From IMG/VR virus record IMGVR_UViG_3300042387_001967: a stretch of 64,000 bases of DNA. One strand, written 5' to 3'. The notes beneath the pieces were generated by a model. The model ran no database searches. It was not told the origin of the DNA and saw only the letters and a list, made by a program, of their open reading frames with translations. Both the position numbers and the translations under genes were made by a program. Below are positions 26,289 to 35,073 of this stretch, in pieces; positions within the stretch are counted from its first letter, which is position 1, and the number at the start of each line of letters is the position of its first letter. Origin of the DNA: a virus.

Positions 26289-26554
26289 TTGCGCACCCCC
26301 ACGGGCTGACCAGCCAAACTGATCCGGTGATACTCGTCGCAGCTCCAGACGACCCCGTGCCACTGGAAGCCGCTGGCGCGACCGTTCATCCCGTGCCACC
26401 TGGACTTCTTCTCCGGCGCGCACTGCTTGGTCTTTTGCGCCGCCATCTCGTCGGCGATGCGCCGCGCCTTGGCGCGATCCGCAATCACCTGCTCACCGCT
26501 GTCGCTCAGCAGGAAGCCAAGGCCGAGCTTGATCGGCAGTCTGAGCGCGCTCAC
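26285..26554 (-). CDS. hypothetical protein
   Basis: 89 aa, overlaps neighbours. Confidence 0.55.
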   Translation of the reverse strand: MSALRLPIKLGLGFLLSDSGEQVIADRAKARRIADEMAAQKTKQCAPEKKSRWHGMNGRASGFQWHGVVWSCDEYHRISLAGQPVGVRK

Positions 26555-26919
26555 GCTGCTCCCCCGCTCGGCACCTGCTGCGAACGCACCGCCACCACTG
26601 CATAATCCCCACCGCTGGCGTTCTGCTTGTCGAGATAATCCAGTGCCTGGTGAACATTACGACGCCAGGCCACGCCAGTCTTTCCGCCGTCGTTCGACAC
26701 TGCGAATCTGATCCCGGGTATGGACTCCGCGTCGTCCTGTGGACTTCGCTCCGCGTTCCTGGTGCGCAGGCAGCTGGCGTTCAGCTTGGCGTAAATCGCC
26801 TGCCAGTCGGTCTCCTCGGCACCGGGAATGGGTCCCTGGTTCTCGAGGTGCTGCAGCAGACGCATCAGCGAGAAGTATTCCGCCGCCGCGATGGGTTCGT
26901 GGTTCTGTTGGTTGAGCAT
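26551..26919 (-). CDS. hypothetical protein
   Basis: MLNQQNHE... Confidence 0.55.
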   Translation of the reverse strand: MLNQQNHEPIAAAEYFSLMRLLQHLENQGPIPGAEETDWQAIYAKLNASCLRTRNAERSPQDDAESIPGIRFAVSNDGGKTGVAWRRNVHQALDYLDKQNASGGDYAVVAVRSQQVPSGGAA

Positions 26920-27299
26920 GATTTGGGTTTTCGGTTTTTCTTCTCCTCGCACTCGGGGCATATCAGATCGAAGTCGGCCTCTGTGATGTCGCGCAGTTCA
27001 CCGGGCGGAAATGTCCGGCTGCAGACCGAGCAGATGTCCACACCGGTGCCGTGCTTCTCGGCTGCGACGACCAGCTGACGCCGCGGTACCGTGATCATCC
27101 ACGGGCGCTCCGGTATCTTCACGACCGCCAGGTCCAACTTCCTCGCCTCGATCATCCGCTCGAACCCGGGGATGAAGGGCTGACCCACCTCGCACAGCAG
27201 CGAGCAGTCGAACCCCATGTCCGTCGTGGCCTGGTAGCGGAAGAAATGGGCGGTGTACCCGGCAATTCTCTTTGTCACGATTCTCAGGTGGTGGTTCAT
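26865..27299 (-). CDS. hypothetical protein with C-terminal CxxC pairs
   Basis: CSVC...CPEC. Confidence 0.65.
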   Translation of the reverse strand: MNHHLRIVTKRIAGYTAHFFRYQATTDMGFDCSLLCEVGQPFIPGFERMIEARKLDLAVVKIPERPWMITVPRRQLVVAAEKHGTGVDICSVCSRTFPPGELRDITEADFDLICPECEEKKNRKPKSCSTNRTTNPSRRRNTSR

Positions 27300-27496
27300 G
27301 GCGTCATGGCCTTCACGACGTCAGGATCGTCGCTGGTCAGTTGAAACGATCCGCACACGTATTCGGAGTCCGTGGGTAGCTCGTGCGAATCAGGATCGAA
27401 GTTCTTGATCGCTGCTTCGATGTCGGCAGCCTTCACTGTCACCCATCCGCACATCTCCCAGGTGACCGGAATTTGAAACGTCTGCTCGTCGCTCAT
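27296..27496 (-). CDS. hypothetical protein
   Basis: MSDEQTFQIPV... Confidence 0.65.
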   Translation of the reverse strand: MSDEQTFQIPVTWEMCGWVTVKAADIEAAIKNFDPDSHELPTDSEYVCGSFQLTSDDPDVVKAMTP

Positions 27497-27837
27497 GCCG
27501 ACACCTCCGTCGTCGGTATCCCGAGCGCCTTTTGGATTTCGCGCAACTGGGTCGCGCGTTCGAATTGCTCGCCGAGGCGACGACCCACACCGACCGACAC
27601 CTCCGTCGTCGGTATCCCGAGCGCCTTTTGGATTTCGCGCAACTGGGTCGCGCGTCCGAATTGCTCGCCGAGGCGACGACCCGCGCCGAACCCGTAGGCC
27701 GCGGCGCGAACTTCCACCTCGTCCTTCGCAGCCCATGGCAGCTGGCAGACGTGCTCGCCGTCGTCGTTGCAGATGTTCGTGTAATTGCCTTCGATTTCGT
27801 AGCTCCACGTCTCGATTCCGATGTGAACTGTTGTCAT
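27493..27837 (-). CDS. hypothetical protein with C-terminal 32-aa duplication
   Basis: GRRLGEQFxRATQLREIQKALGIPTTEVS twice. Confidence 0.65.
   Translation of the reverse strand: MTTVHIGIETWSYEIEGNYTNICNDDGEHVCQLPWAAKDEVEVRAAAYGFGAGRRLGEQFGRATQLREIQKALGIPTTEVSVGVGRRLGEQFERATQLREIQKALGIPTTEVSA
27498..27682. repeat. near-perfect 96-bp tandem duplication
   Basis: ccgacacctcc... starts at 27498 and 27594. Confidence 0.9.
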
Positions 27838-27886
27838 GGTTGTTTTGGTATTTTAGATGTGCGTCTGTAGGTCAGTTGGCGACGGC

Positions 27887-28117
27887 TCATTTCACCCTCC
27901 TGAAATCGCCGGCGTTTACGCTCCCTTCCACGACTGGGTTCGCCCTCCATGCGCCTTCCGCAGTGCCGTAGCCGAGTCGATGGCACAGGCCCCACATGTC
28001 GGAAGACGACTCCCATTCCTCGAAGGATTTGTAGTTGTTCCGGAGCCGGGTCCTCCAGCCCATGAGTCCTGACTTGCAGCGTACCCGGTAAACGCGATTG
28101 GTGGTGTGCGTCTTCAT
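27887..28117 (-). CDS. hypothetical protein
   Basis: MKTHTTNR... Confidence 0.6.
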   Translation of the reverse strand: MKTHTTNRVYRVRCKSGLMGWRTRLRNNYKSFEEWESSSDMWGLCHRLGYGTAEGAWRANPVVEGSVNAGDFRRVK

Positions 28118-28413
28118 ATCGAGAATTCCGCGGTGAAGCGGTGCTTGATCGAATTCCGACGCAGCCACTCCATTACCAGCGTCAGCTTGGTAATACCGAA
28201 TTTATGGACGTCCAAGATGTGATACGGTCCGCGGCACCACGACTTCCACCGCCCGAGCACGTGCTCCTGTGGATCACCCAGGATGCCGGCCAGTTCGTCG
28301 AACCGATACTTCGGCAGTCGCTGCCGGATTTCGAGATCGGCCCCGTGTCCGTCATCGAAACGATGGAGCAGGAACAGGAGGCATCCGTTGATAGCTGATT
28401 GGGATTTGTTCAT
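28114..28413 (-). CDS. hypothetical protein
   Basis: 99 aa, ATGA overlaps. Confidence 0.55.
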   Translation of the reverse strand: MNKSQSAINGCLLFLLHRFDDGHGADLEIRQRLPKYRFDELAGILGDPQEHVLGRWKSWCRGPYHILDVHKFGITKLTLVMEWLRRNSIKHRFTAEFSI

Positions 28414-28595
28414 TGTTTTTCCTTGGTTGGTATCGCCTTCACTATCACCTTCACTATCGCCTTCCGCAGCCTCTCTGCCTTGCGCCGTGCGCTGGTCGCC
28501 CGCGCTGGGTAACCAGCATCTTCGACATCGTCAGCCAGTTCATTCAGAGTGTCGACCAAGTCTTCCAGAAACGCTGCCGGCAGTGTCAATTTCAC
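28410..28595 (-). CDS. hypothetical protein
   Basis: GTG start overlapping upstream TGA. Confidence 0.5.
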   Translation of the reverse strand: MKLTLPAAFLEDLVDTLNELADDVEDAGYPARATSARRKAERLRKAIVKVIVKAIPTKEKQ

Positions 28596-28678
28596 TTGGT
28601 CCTCCTGCGGTTGCGCCAGCCGATTAGCAGCAGCGTGCAGGCTGCCAGCGCGAGGATAACGCACGTTGTCTTGTTCAT
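28592..28678 (-). CDS. 28-aa single-pass membrane peptide
   Basis: MNKTTCVILALAACTLLLIGWRNRRRTK; ATGA overlap upstream and GTGA overlap downstream; below ORF-track cutoff. Confidence 0.55.
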   Translation of the reverse strand: MNKTTCVILALAACTLLLIGWRNRRRTK

Positions 28679-29088
28679 GATTTTGGGCATGGTGGATTAG
28701 GAATTTGCCGCGCTTCGGCTTTGCAATATGCCGCGTAGGTCTTGAAGCCCCCCTTGTCATACCACTTCCTGATCCGGGCTGGATCGTGGAAGTGGCCCTG
28801 TCCGGGCTCGCGGCGGCTGAAACCGACGATAGACTCGAACGTGTCTCCCGGCGTGCAGAACTTCTGCAGCACCAGCTTCGCTTCCTTGTTTTCCATGGCC
28901 GCATGGATGGACTCGACGGTGACTCCGATATCGAGGTCGACCCGGCCGTAGCCGTCGTAAGATCCGGTGACGCGGTCGCCGTTCTTGAACAGCATCGCGA
29001 CCTCGTATGTCTCGGGCATGTATCCCCAGCTGTTGCTGTTCAGGATGGGGAGGTTGGTCTTAGCACATGTATATGATGTGAATCCCAT
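28675..29088 (-). CDS. hypothetical protein
   Basis: 137 aa, CCAA-rich leader. Confidence 0.7.
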   Translation of the reverse strand: MGFTSYTCAKTNLPILNSNSWGYMPETYEVAMLFKNGDRVTGSYDGYGRVDLDIGVTVESIHAAMENKEAKLVLQKFCTPGDTFESIVGFSRREPGQGHFHDPARIRKWYDKGGFKTYAAYCKAEARQIPNPPCPKS

Positions 29089-29118
29089 TGGTTTGGTTGG
29101 TGTTGGTGTTGGTGTTGG

Positions 29119-29331
29119 TTACAGTCCGTCGATAATCGCAGGCTCCACGTTCAGGTGCTGCAGCTGGGTCAGTGTGGCGTTATAGAGTGCCGTGACGGTG
29201 ACCTGCGCGTCGTGGACCCGCCGGCGGTTCGTCTCGCTGTTCGCGTGACTTTGCGCCTTCGCGGCCGCCGCATAAACGATCAACGCTTCCTGAAAGCGCA
29301 CCAAGGCAGTGGCATACGGCAGTGCGTTCAT
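29119..29331 (-). CDS. hypothetical protein
   Basis: MNALPYAT... Confidence 0.55.
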   Translation of the reverse strand: MNALPYATALVRFQEALIVYAAAAKAQSHANSETNRRRVHDAQVTVTALYNATLTQLQHLNVEPAIIDGL

Positions 29332-29912
29332 TCGTCCCCCTTCAGGTAGAATCCGCCGGAGGCCCACACGACGACCGAGTCGGGCGGGCGACCGTCGGTG
29401 ATGATCCTGGCGTAGTAATCGCCCTCCAGTTTTGGCATGAGCTTTCCATCCAGTCGGAGTTCACCGTTGAACTCCTCCTTCGCCCATTTTCGGATCAGCG
29501 CTTCCAGGTCCACCTTCTCCCGCTTTCGGATTGGACGCACCCACTCCTGTCCGCTGCGGCACTCTCGCACAACCATGTAGCAGTCCAGTGGTTTGCCGGC
29601 GGCATTCGCCCGGTTGAACACGCCCAGCGCAGTGTCGGCCTCCTTGTCGAGCCGTGTGCCAGCGAACGACACCCACACCCACGCCGACACATATGCGCCG
29701 TTATCGTCGCCTTCGCTGACAATCGCATTGTCATCCACCTCCGTCTCACCTTCGGTCGACGCGCCACCAGCCAGCGCCACAATTTCGGCAACACGGTCCG
29801 GGTCGGGCTGGGCAGCGCTGGCTGCCTCCACGCAGTCTGCGATGGTCAGGTCGCCGCGGCGGATGGCCTCTGTGATTGCCTGTGGAGTCAGTTTTTTGCC
29901 TCCGTTGCTCAT
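29328..29912 (-). CDS. hypothetical multi-module protein
   Basis: 194 aa. Confidence 0.65.
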   Translation of the reverse strand: MSNGGKKLTPQAITEAIRRGDLTIADCVEAASAAQPDPDRVAEIVALAGGASTEGETEVDDNAIVSEGDDNGAYVSAWVWVSFAGTRLDKEADTALGVFNRANAAGKPLDCYMVVRECRSGQEWVRPIRKREKVDLEALIRKWAKEEFNGELRLDGKLMPKLEGDYYARIITDGRPPDSVVVWASGGFYLKGDE

Positions 29913-30106
29913 CAGTCGCCCTCCATTTCATTGTGTGAAAAGCTCTCGACCTCCGGCACTCCGTCCTTGTCGATGTTGAGTCGCATGATGACGTCCTCAT
30001 CGTCGAACATTTCGCGCGCAGCGTCGAGCCGCTCGGCGGCGTTCTTGTATGGGCCGTGCACTTCGGGTTCGACACCCTCCACTACGTTGATGATGTATAG
30101 GTTCAT
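29912..30106 (-). CDS. hypothetical protein
   Basis: MNLYIINVVEGVEP... Confidence 0.65.
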   Translation of the reverse strand: MNLYIINVVEGVEPEVHGPYKNAAERLDAAREMFDDEDVIMRLNIDKDGVPEVESFSHNEMEGD

Positions 30107-30110
30107 TGTG

Positions 30111-30200
30111 TTATTGCAGGTTGATATCGCTTTCGACTTCGTTTCCCCAGCTCGCCCATCCGTCGTGCTTCTGTCTTGCGAATAGCTCGACGCGCGGCCG
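30111..30200 (-). pseudogene. C-terminal relic of an MT-A70-family methyltransferase
   Basis: RPRVELFARQKHDGWASWGNEV resembles the MT-A70 C-terminal ELFAR...GW..WGNE motif; no upstream body or start codon. Confidence 0.55.
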
Positions 30201-30222
30201 TACTTTTTTGGTTGGTCGCGCA

Positions 30223-30612
30223 TCAGTCGTCGCTCGGCGTGAATGTTGTCTCTTCTCCGCACTTGGTGCACTCGGCGTCGTAACCAACGGTGGCTCCGTA
30301 GGAACGCGTGGTCTTCCAGTCGTGGACGCATTCCTCCTCGGCATCCCGCTGCTCGCACTGCGAGTTCGCCCACTCCCAGTATCCGCTCTGCACGTTGCCT
30401 TCGGCCACCTCGTGTTGCCAGTCCCTCCGCGGGAAGTCAGGGTGCTCGCTCCAGAGGTCCACTGCCATCATCGCAACCACCTCGGCTGTGACCACGTCCG
30501 GGAATATCCGGTCCAGCGCTGCCTGCAGCTCCGGTGGTGTGTCCTTCGCTCCTTCCGGAATGACCCCGCTGAAGAGCCCGGTGTCGTCGGTGTTATTTGT
30601 CTTTTTTTTCAT
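30223..30612 (-). CDS. hypothetical protein
   Basis: MKKKTNN...; DWQHEVAEG..GYWEW module; C-terminal C..H...C..C. Confidence 0.65.
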   Translation of the reverse strand: MKKKTNNTDDTGLFSGVIPEGAKDTPPELQAALDRIFPDVVTAEVVAMMAVDLWSEHPDFPRRDWQHEVAEGNVQSGYWEWANSQCEQRDAEEECVHDWKTTRSYGATVGYDAECTKCGEETTFTPSDD

Positions 30613-30889
30613 CGGTGTATTTCTTGAAGTGCAGATCGAGCTCCGCGCTGATAGCCCAAAACTCGGCTGCATAGTGTTCGGAGGCTTCCACATCCCCACG
30701 CTGCAGCGCAGCGCGGGCATTCGCGGAAGCTCGGTTGAGCGCGTCGAGCATCCCACGCGTCCACGCCAGTTGAGCAGCCCCTGCCCTGCGTGCGCGCCGC
30801 TGACCTAACACAACGCTCACGGACGCCAGCCAGATGCCGACGACCACACCACCCATGAACCACGGCAGTAAATCCGTCGCGATGTTCAT
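30593..30889 (-). CDS. hypothetical membrane protein
   Basis: N-terminal hydrophobic helix. Confidence 0.6.
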   Translation of the reverse strand: MNIATDLLPWFMGGVVVGIWLASVSVVLGQRRARRAGAAQLAWTRGMLDALNRASANARAALQRGDVEASEHYAAEFWAISAELDLHFKKYTDEKKDK

Positions 30890-31110
30890 TCTGGTTCGAT
30901 TTGTTGCGCACCCGGAATCGGGGTCAGTTGATCCCGGGCGAATGTGAGTTGCTCATCCTTGGTGCTGATGTTGGATCCCTGCCAGAGATCGCAGAAGCTG
31001 AGATACTCCAGCCCGATGTGCGTCACGCCGTCGTTGCGCCGCGTCGGCGTCCACCGATAGAACATTTGCGGTGTCTGCCCGGTCGGGTCACCCGGCCACG
31101 GCAGATACAT
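30886..31110 (-). CDS. hypothetical protein
   Basis: MYLPWPG...; possible GTG start at 31149. Confidence 0.55.
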   Translation of the reverse strand: MYLPWPGDPTGQTPQMFYRWTPTRRNDGVTHIGLEYLSFCDLWQGSNISTKDEQLTFARDQLTPIPGAQQIEPE

Positions 31111-31145
31111 TTGCGCGCCGCGCGTCGCCGCCGCTTGCTGCGCGG

Positions 31146-33347
31146 TCACAGCATCGCCCGCGCTTCGGCCTCCGTGAGAATCCGCACGCCGGCCTTCTTT
31201 GCCTTGTCCAACTTGCTTCCGCAGTCCTCCCCGGCGATCAGGAAGTCCGTCTTCTTGGACACCGAGCTGCTGAGGACGGCGCCAACCTTCTCCAGCTCCG
31301 CCTCCATCACGTGACGAGGCACGCTGATTGTGCCGGTGAGCACGACCGTCTTGCCTTTGAGCAGGCTGTCGCCAGCCGCCGGCTCTGCCTTGACGGGTTC
31401 CGGCGCGTAGTTGTCCGACTTCACGGTGCCCGGGATGCAATCCCACAGGACGTAATGCCCGATTTCGCTCTGCACGAAGTTATCCAGATTCTTCAGCGAC
31501 ACCGGGCCGAGGTGATGGCTGATGTTATACTTTGCCTTCAGCTCGTCGAACTCCTTTTGCCGCTTGGCTTCGTGATAGTCCACCATGCGACGAAACAATC
31601 CCTGCGTATGCGAGCAATGCGTGATCAGCTCCTGGGTATTTTCGCACAACCGGCTGATTTCCTTCGACGTGTTCTTCCCGATGGTGTGGATCCCCAGCGC
31701 GACAATCCAGTTCCGCAACGGCAGTTTCTCCGCCGCATCCATGGCCCTGCGCAGTGTGTTCGCCCGTGATGCGCCGAAGGTCATCTTGCTGCCAGACTCC
31801 GTAGTCCACGACAGGTTGGCAAACCACGACGTAGGAGCCGCGAACAGGTCAAATGGGTGCTCGAACTCATCCAGCTCCAGCGGCGCGCGGAACGCGATCT
31901 CAGCGCACAGCTCAGTGCCCATCTGTGACAGGTTCAGGCAGTCGCGGCTGGCCATGTGCTCGATGCGGGCCGCCATCTGCGCCGGGCAGCCGGCGGTGTT
32001 GGTGCACATCCAAACTGATGCCGCCTTCTCTTCGTCCTCAGTCTTCCGCTTCTCGAAGCTCATACCGCCGCAGCTCGGGCACTTGTCGCCGATGTGATTC
32101 GTCAAGAAGAAGATGCTCTGGATCTTTCGCTCGCCGTGCGTAATCGACCGCAAAACTTCGGGTATAATCGCCCCAGCCTTGCGAACGACCACCCGGTCGC
32201 CCACCTGCAGCCCCAGGCGGTTGATCTGGTCCTCGTTGTGCAGAGTGGCGCGGGAAACGATGGTCCCATCCACCTCGACCGGTTCCAGCTCAGCGACTGG
32301 CGTCAGGACGCCGCTGCGGCCCACCTGGACGGTGATGGCCTTCAGCGTGGTCTCAACCTCCTCCTGCTTGAACTTGAAGGCGATGGCCCACCGCGGCGCC
32401 CGGGAGGTGCTGCCGAGGTGCTTGCGCAGGTCGTAGTCGTTGACCTTGAGCACGACTCCGTCGGTCGGATAGGGCTGATCGGCGATCTCCTTCAGCCGGA
32501 GCCGCGAGATCACCTCGCCCGTCGCTCGGTGGCTGCCGTCCGCGAGGAGGTAGACCGCCGGTGCGAACTTGAGCCCCAGCGATTGCAACCACTCCGCGTC
32601 GTCGCCGTAACAGTCGGACAACGTGCCAGAGGCGATGCCGTGTGCGATGAACGACAGCCCCTGTCCAATCACCTCCTCGAAGTTCTTGCGCCGCAGGATG
32701 CCGGCCGCTGCGTTGCGCGGGTTGGAGTAGACCTCCTCGCCCGCTGCCTTCTGCCGGGCGTTCAGCGCCTCGAAGTCGGCGAAGGTCATGAAGACCTCGC
32801 CGTTGATCTCGATCGGGTCGCAGTTCAGCTCCAGCGGCACCAGCTCGGCCATCATCACGTTGAGCGTGACATCATCCCCGGTCTCGCCGTCGCCGCGGGT
32901 GACCGCCTTGAGCAGTGCCACCCCCTTCGTCAGCCGCGGGTTCAGCCCGTAGGTCAGCCGCAGGCTCAGCCCGTCGATCTTCGGCTCGGCGACGAGCGCG
33001 CAGCCTTTGCAGGCCTCGTCGTCGTTCAGCTTCGCCAGCCACTTGGTCAGCTCATCGATGTTGCCGTCGTCCCCGGCGAACACGTTGTCCAGTGACTGCA
33101 TCGGGCAGCTGTGCTTCGCCTTGGCGAAGCCGGACTGCGGATGCGGGGCCGCCCCCACCTTGTTCAGGATGGTGTCGCGCCACACCGGGTCGTCCGTCTC
33201 GTGGGCATCGTCGGCGCGTGCGTCCTGGTGTTCCCGCCAGAGCGCGTCGTATTCTGCGTCCCGCATGGAGGGCTGGCCGTTGTGATAGTTCTCGTTGGCA
33301 AGCCGCAACACTTTCTCTCGGGCTGCGTTAGTCATGGGTGTGTTCAT
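31146..33347 (-). CDS. ligA: NAD-dependent DNA ligase
   Basis: EPKIDG adenylation motif, AVTRGDGETGDDVT, NPRNAAAG, TDGVVLK, PRWAIAFKF, ATLHNE, C4 Zn finger, C-terminal BRCT (SVSKKTDFLIAGEDCGSKLDKA). Confidence 0.97.
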   Translation of the reverse strand: MNTPMTNAAREKVLRLANENYHNGQPSMRDAEYDALWREHQDARADDAHETDDPVWRDTILNKVGAAPHPQSGFAKAKHSCPMQSLDNVFAGDDGNIDELTKWLAKLNDDEACKGCALVAEPKIDGLSLRLTYGLNPRLTKGVALLKAVTRGDGETGDDVTLNVMMAELVPLELNCDPIEINGEVFMTFADFEALNARQKAAGEEVYSNPRNAAAGILRRKNFEEVIGQGLSFIAHGIASGTLSDCYGDDAEWLQSLGLKFAPAVYLLADGSHRATGEVISRLRLKEIADQPYPTDGVVLKVNDYDLRKHLGSTSRAPRWAIAFKFKQEEVETTLKAITVQVGRSGVLTPVAELEPVEVDGTIVSRATLHNEDQINRLGLQVGDRVVVRKAGAIIPEVLRSITHGERKIQSIFFLTNHIGDKCPSCGGMSFEKRKTEDEEKAASVWMCTNTAGCPAQMAARIEHMASRDCLNLSQMGTELCAEIAFRAPLELDEFEHPFDLFAAPTSWFANLSWTTESGSKMTFGASRANTLRRAMDAAEKLPLRNWIVALGIHTIGKNTSKEISRLCENTQELITHCSHTQGLFRRMVDYHEAKRQKEFDELKAKYNISHHLGPVSLKNLDNFVQSEIGHYVLWDCIPGTVKSDNYAPEPVKAEPAAGDSLLKGKTVVLTGTISVPRHVMEAELEKVGAVLSSSVSKKTDFLIAGEDCGSKLDKAKKAGVRILTEAEARAML

Positions 33348-33559
33348 TGTGCAGTGATGTGTAGTTTGTCGAGGGCCTCGTCAGCCCATGTGCGTCCGAA
33401 GATTCGGACTGCTATCTCAGGGCTCATTTCTGGCCAGAGTGAATACCCCGTTTCGTTCATGTCCGCGTCGAAGTAGTAGACGATCGTGCCGCTCGACCTC
33501 CTTCCTGAGAAGGCGGAGATGCTGCGCAGGTAATCGTCGGTGCAGGGATGGCTAGTCAT
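33344..33559 (-). CDS. hypothetical protein
   Basis: MTSHPCTD... Confidence 0.55.
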   Translation of the reverse strand: MTSHPCTDDYLRSISAFSGRRSSGTIVYYFDADMNETGYSLWPEMSPEIAVRIFGRTWADEALDKLHITAQ

Positions 33560-34001
33560 CCTTGGTCTCCCTCTCGGCAATCGCGATCCGGTCCATCGCC
33601 TTGTAGTGAGCGCCGCGTATCTCTGCGAGCCGTTCGCGCTTGGCGATGTAGAGCGCGCTCCACGCATAGCGTTCCTTGAGCTGCGCCGGGGTGCGTTGGT
33701 CTGCTGCCTCTGGCTGGTCGCTGGCGAGCATTTGCTTCTCCATGTGGACCATCTCCGCTGAGATACGATCCCACTCCGGCTTCACCTTCAGCCAGGCGTT
33801 TTCCTCCACCAGCTCGTCGTAGCGGTTCCAGCAGAGGACCAGCCGCTCGGCGTTTCTCAGTCCGTCCACGGCTGCGTGGTCCTCCGCCGTTTCCGCCACG
33901 AGCGCCGCGCCGTCGACCGCGCGTATGGAGAACCCCTGATTGAGGCGTGTGCGCTCCGTGACCACGTGCAGCTTCCCTTGTGTGTGCGCGGCGGTGGTCA
34001 T
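33552..34001 (-). CDS. hypothetical protein
   Basis: MTTAAHTQGKL... Confidence 0.6.
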   Translation of the reverse strand: MTTAAHTQGKLHVVTERTRLNQGFSIRAVDGAALVAETAEDHAAVDGLRNAERLVLCWNRYDELVEENAWLKVKPEWDRISAEMVHMEKQMLASDQPEAADQRTPAQLKERYAWSALYIAKRERLAEIRGAHYKAMDRIAIAERETKDD

Positions 34002-34522
34002 GATGACACCTCCACGTCTGCCGACGTCATGTAGGACGTCAGCCCGGCCCCAGGGATCACGTGACCGTCGATGAACACCTTGACCGCCTCCATGGGAATT
34101 TCGAAGGATATGGTCGCCAGCTCTTCCGGCATGAACTGCTTCGGCAGCGTGACGCAAAACGTCACGTCTACTGACACCTTTTGCGGCGCCGACCCGTCGC
34201 CGATCAGGATGAGCCACCCAGGGTTGCACGCGACGAGCCAGCTCGCGAAGGTGAACTCGATGCCCGGGTGGTGCGCGGCGTGCCGGTGGGTGAGCTCGAC
34301 GATCTGGTTGGTCTCGCCTTCGCCCCGTATGCGGCACGTCCAGTCGCCTGCTTCGTCGAGGACGAAAACAGAGACCGCATCGGTCTCTGAGAGCGTGTGC
34401 GGCGGTCCGTCGGGGTCGTAGCCTGGCAGGAGGCGTGCGACTTCAAAGGCCGTGGAAAACCTGCTGAAGTATGTCGTGGAACCGCCGCGACTCGACGCGA
34501 CTGTTGTTTGGATTCTGATCAT
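33998..34522 (-). CDS. hypothetical protein
   Basis: MIRIQTT... Confidence 0.55.
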   Translation of the reverse strand: MIRIQTTVASSRGGSTTYFSRFSTAFEVARLLPGYDPDGPPHTLSETDAVSVFVLDEAGDWTCRIRGEGETNQIVELTHRHAAHHPGIEFTFASWLVACNPGWLILIGDGSAPQKVSVDVTFCVTLPKQFMPEELATISFEIPMEAVKVFIDGHVIPGAGLTSYMTSADVEVSS

Positions 34523-35013
34523 TTGAAGAGTTGCAGTTGTTTGACGTTGATGCCCCAGATTTCGACGTAGTCCCTGATTACCAGCTTCTGGCAGTCCGCC
34601 GGCAGAAGCCGGAACGGAATGCGCCGGCTGTCGCCGTCTCCCCATTTGGCCTTGTCGCCGATCTTTGGCGGCCAGCCGCCAGGCGCGTCGAAGTTCAACT
34701 CCGCTTCCCCGTGCATGCCGACTCCCTGGGGATGGAACGGGTGACAGCTCATCCCCACGTAGTGCGCGCGACCGCCGCGTCCTTTGAAGCGCCCAGTGAA
34801 CACCACGGTGTAGCGGTCGGCGGTGCCTTTGCCGGCAGGCAGCAGACGGTGTCCGCAATCCTTCACCGGGCAACGCTTGCCGCCTCCGCTGCTGAACTCG
34901 AAGCATTTCGCGCAGAACGACTCGTAGACACTACCTCCGTTATCGTAAACGCGGACGTGCTTGGGAACGCCGTCCGGCATCAGCCGCTGGCGTCTCGTTT
35001 CTTGGTTCATCAT
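34519..35013 (-). CDS. hypothetical protein
   Basis: 164 aa; VRVYDNGG...DRYTVVFTG. Confidence 0.7.
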   Translation of the reverse strand: MMNQETRRQRLMPDGVPKHVRVYDNGGSVYESFCAKCFEFSSGGGKRCPVKDCGHRLLPAGKGTADRYTVVFTGRFKGRGGRAHYVGMSCHPFHPQGVGMHGEAELNFDAPGGWPPKIGDKAKWGDGDSRRIPFRLLPADCQKLVIRDYVEIWGINVKQLQLFK

Positions 35014-35031
35014 TTTTTATCTGCAACGACT

Positions 35032-35060
35032 CGCGCCGGGGAGAGTGTCTCCCCGGCGCG
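35032..35060. terminator. 13-bp intergenic hairpin (terminator or RNA stabiliser)
   Basis: CGCGCCGGGGAGA-GTG-TCTCCCCGGCGCG; no clear U-tract. Confidence 0.45.
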
Positions 35061-35073
35061 ATGTTGCTGCTTG

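Noticed and set aside
9181-33095. Long plus-strand ORFs (e.g. 9181..10500, 15863..17383, 17507..18589, 32094..33095)
   Set aside because: They are antisense shadows of well-supported minus-strand genes in GC-rich DNA and carry no recognisable motifs.
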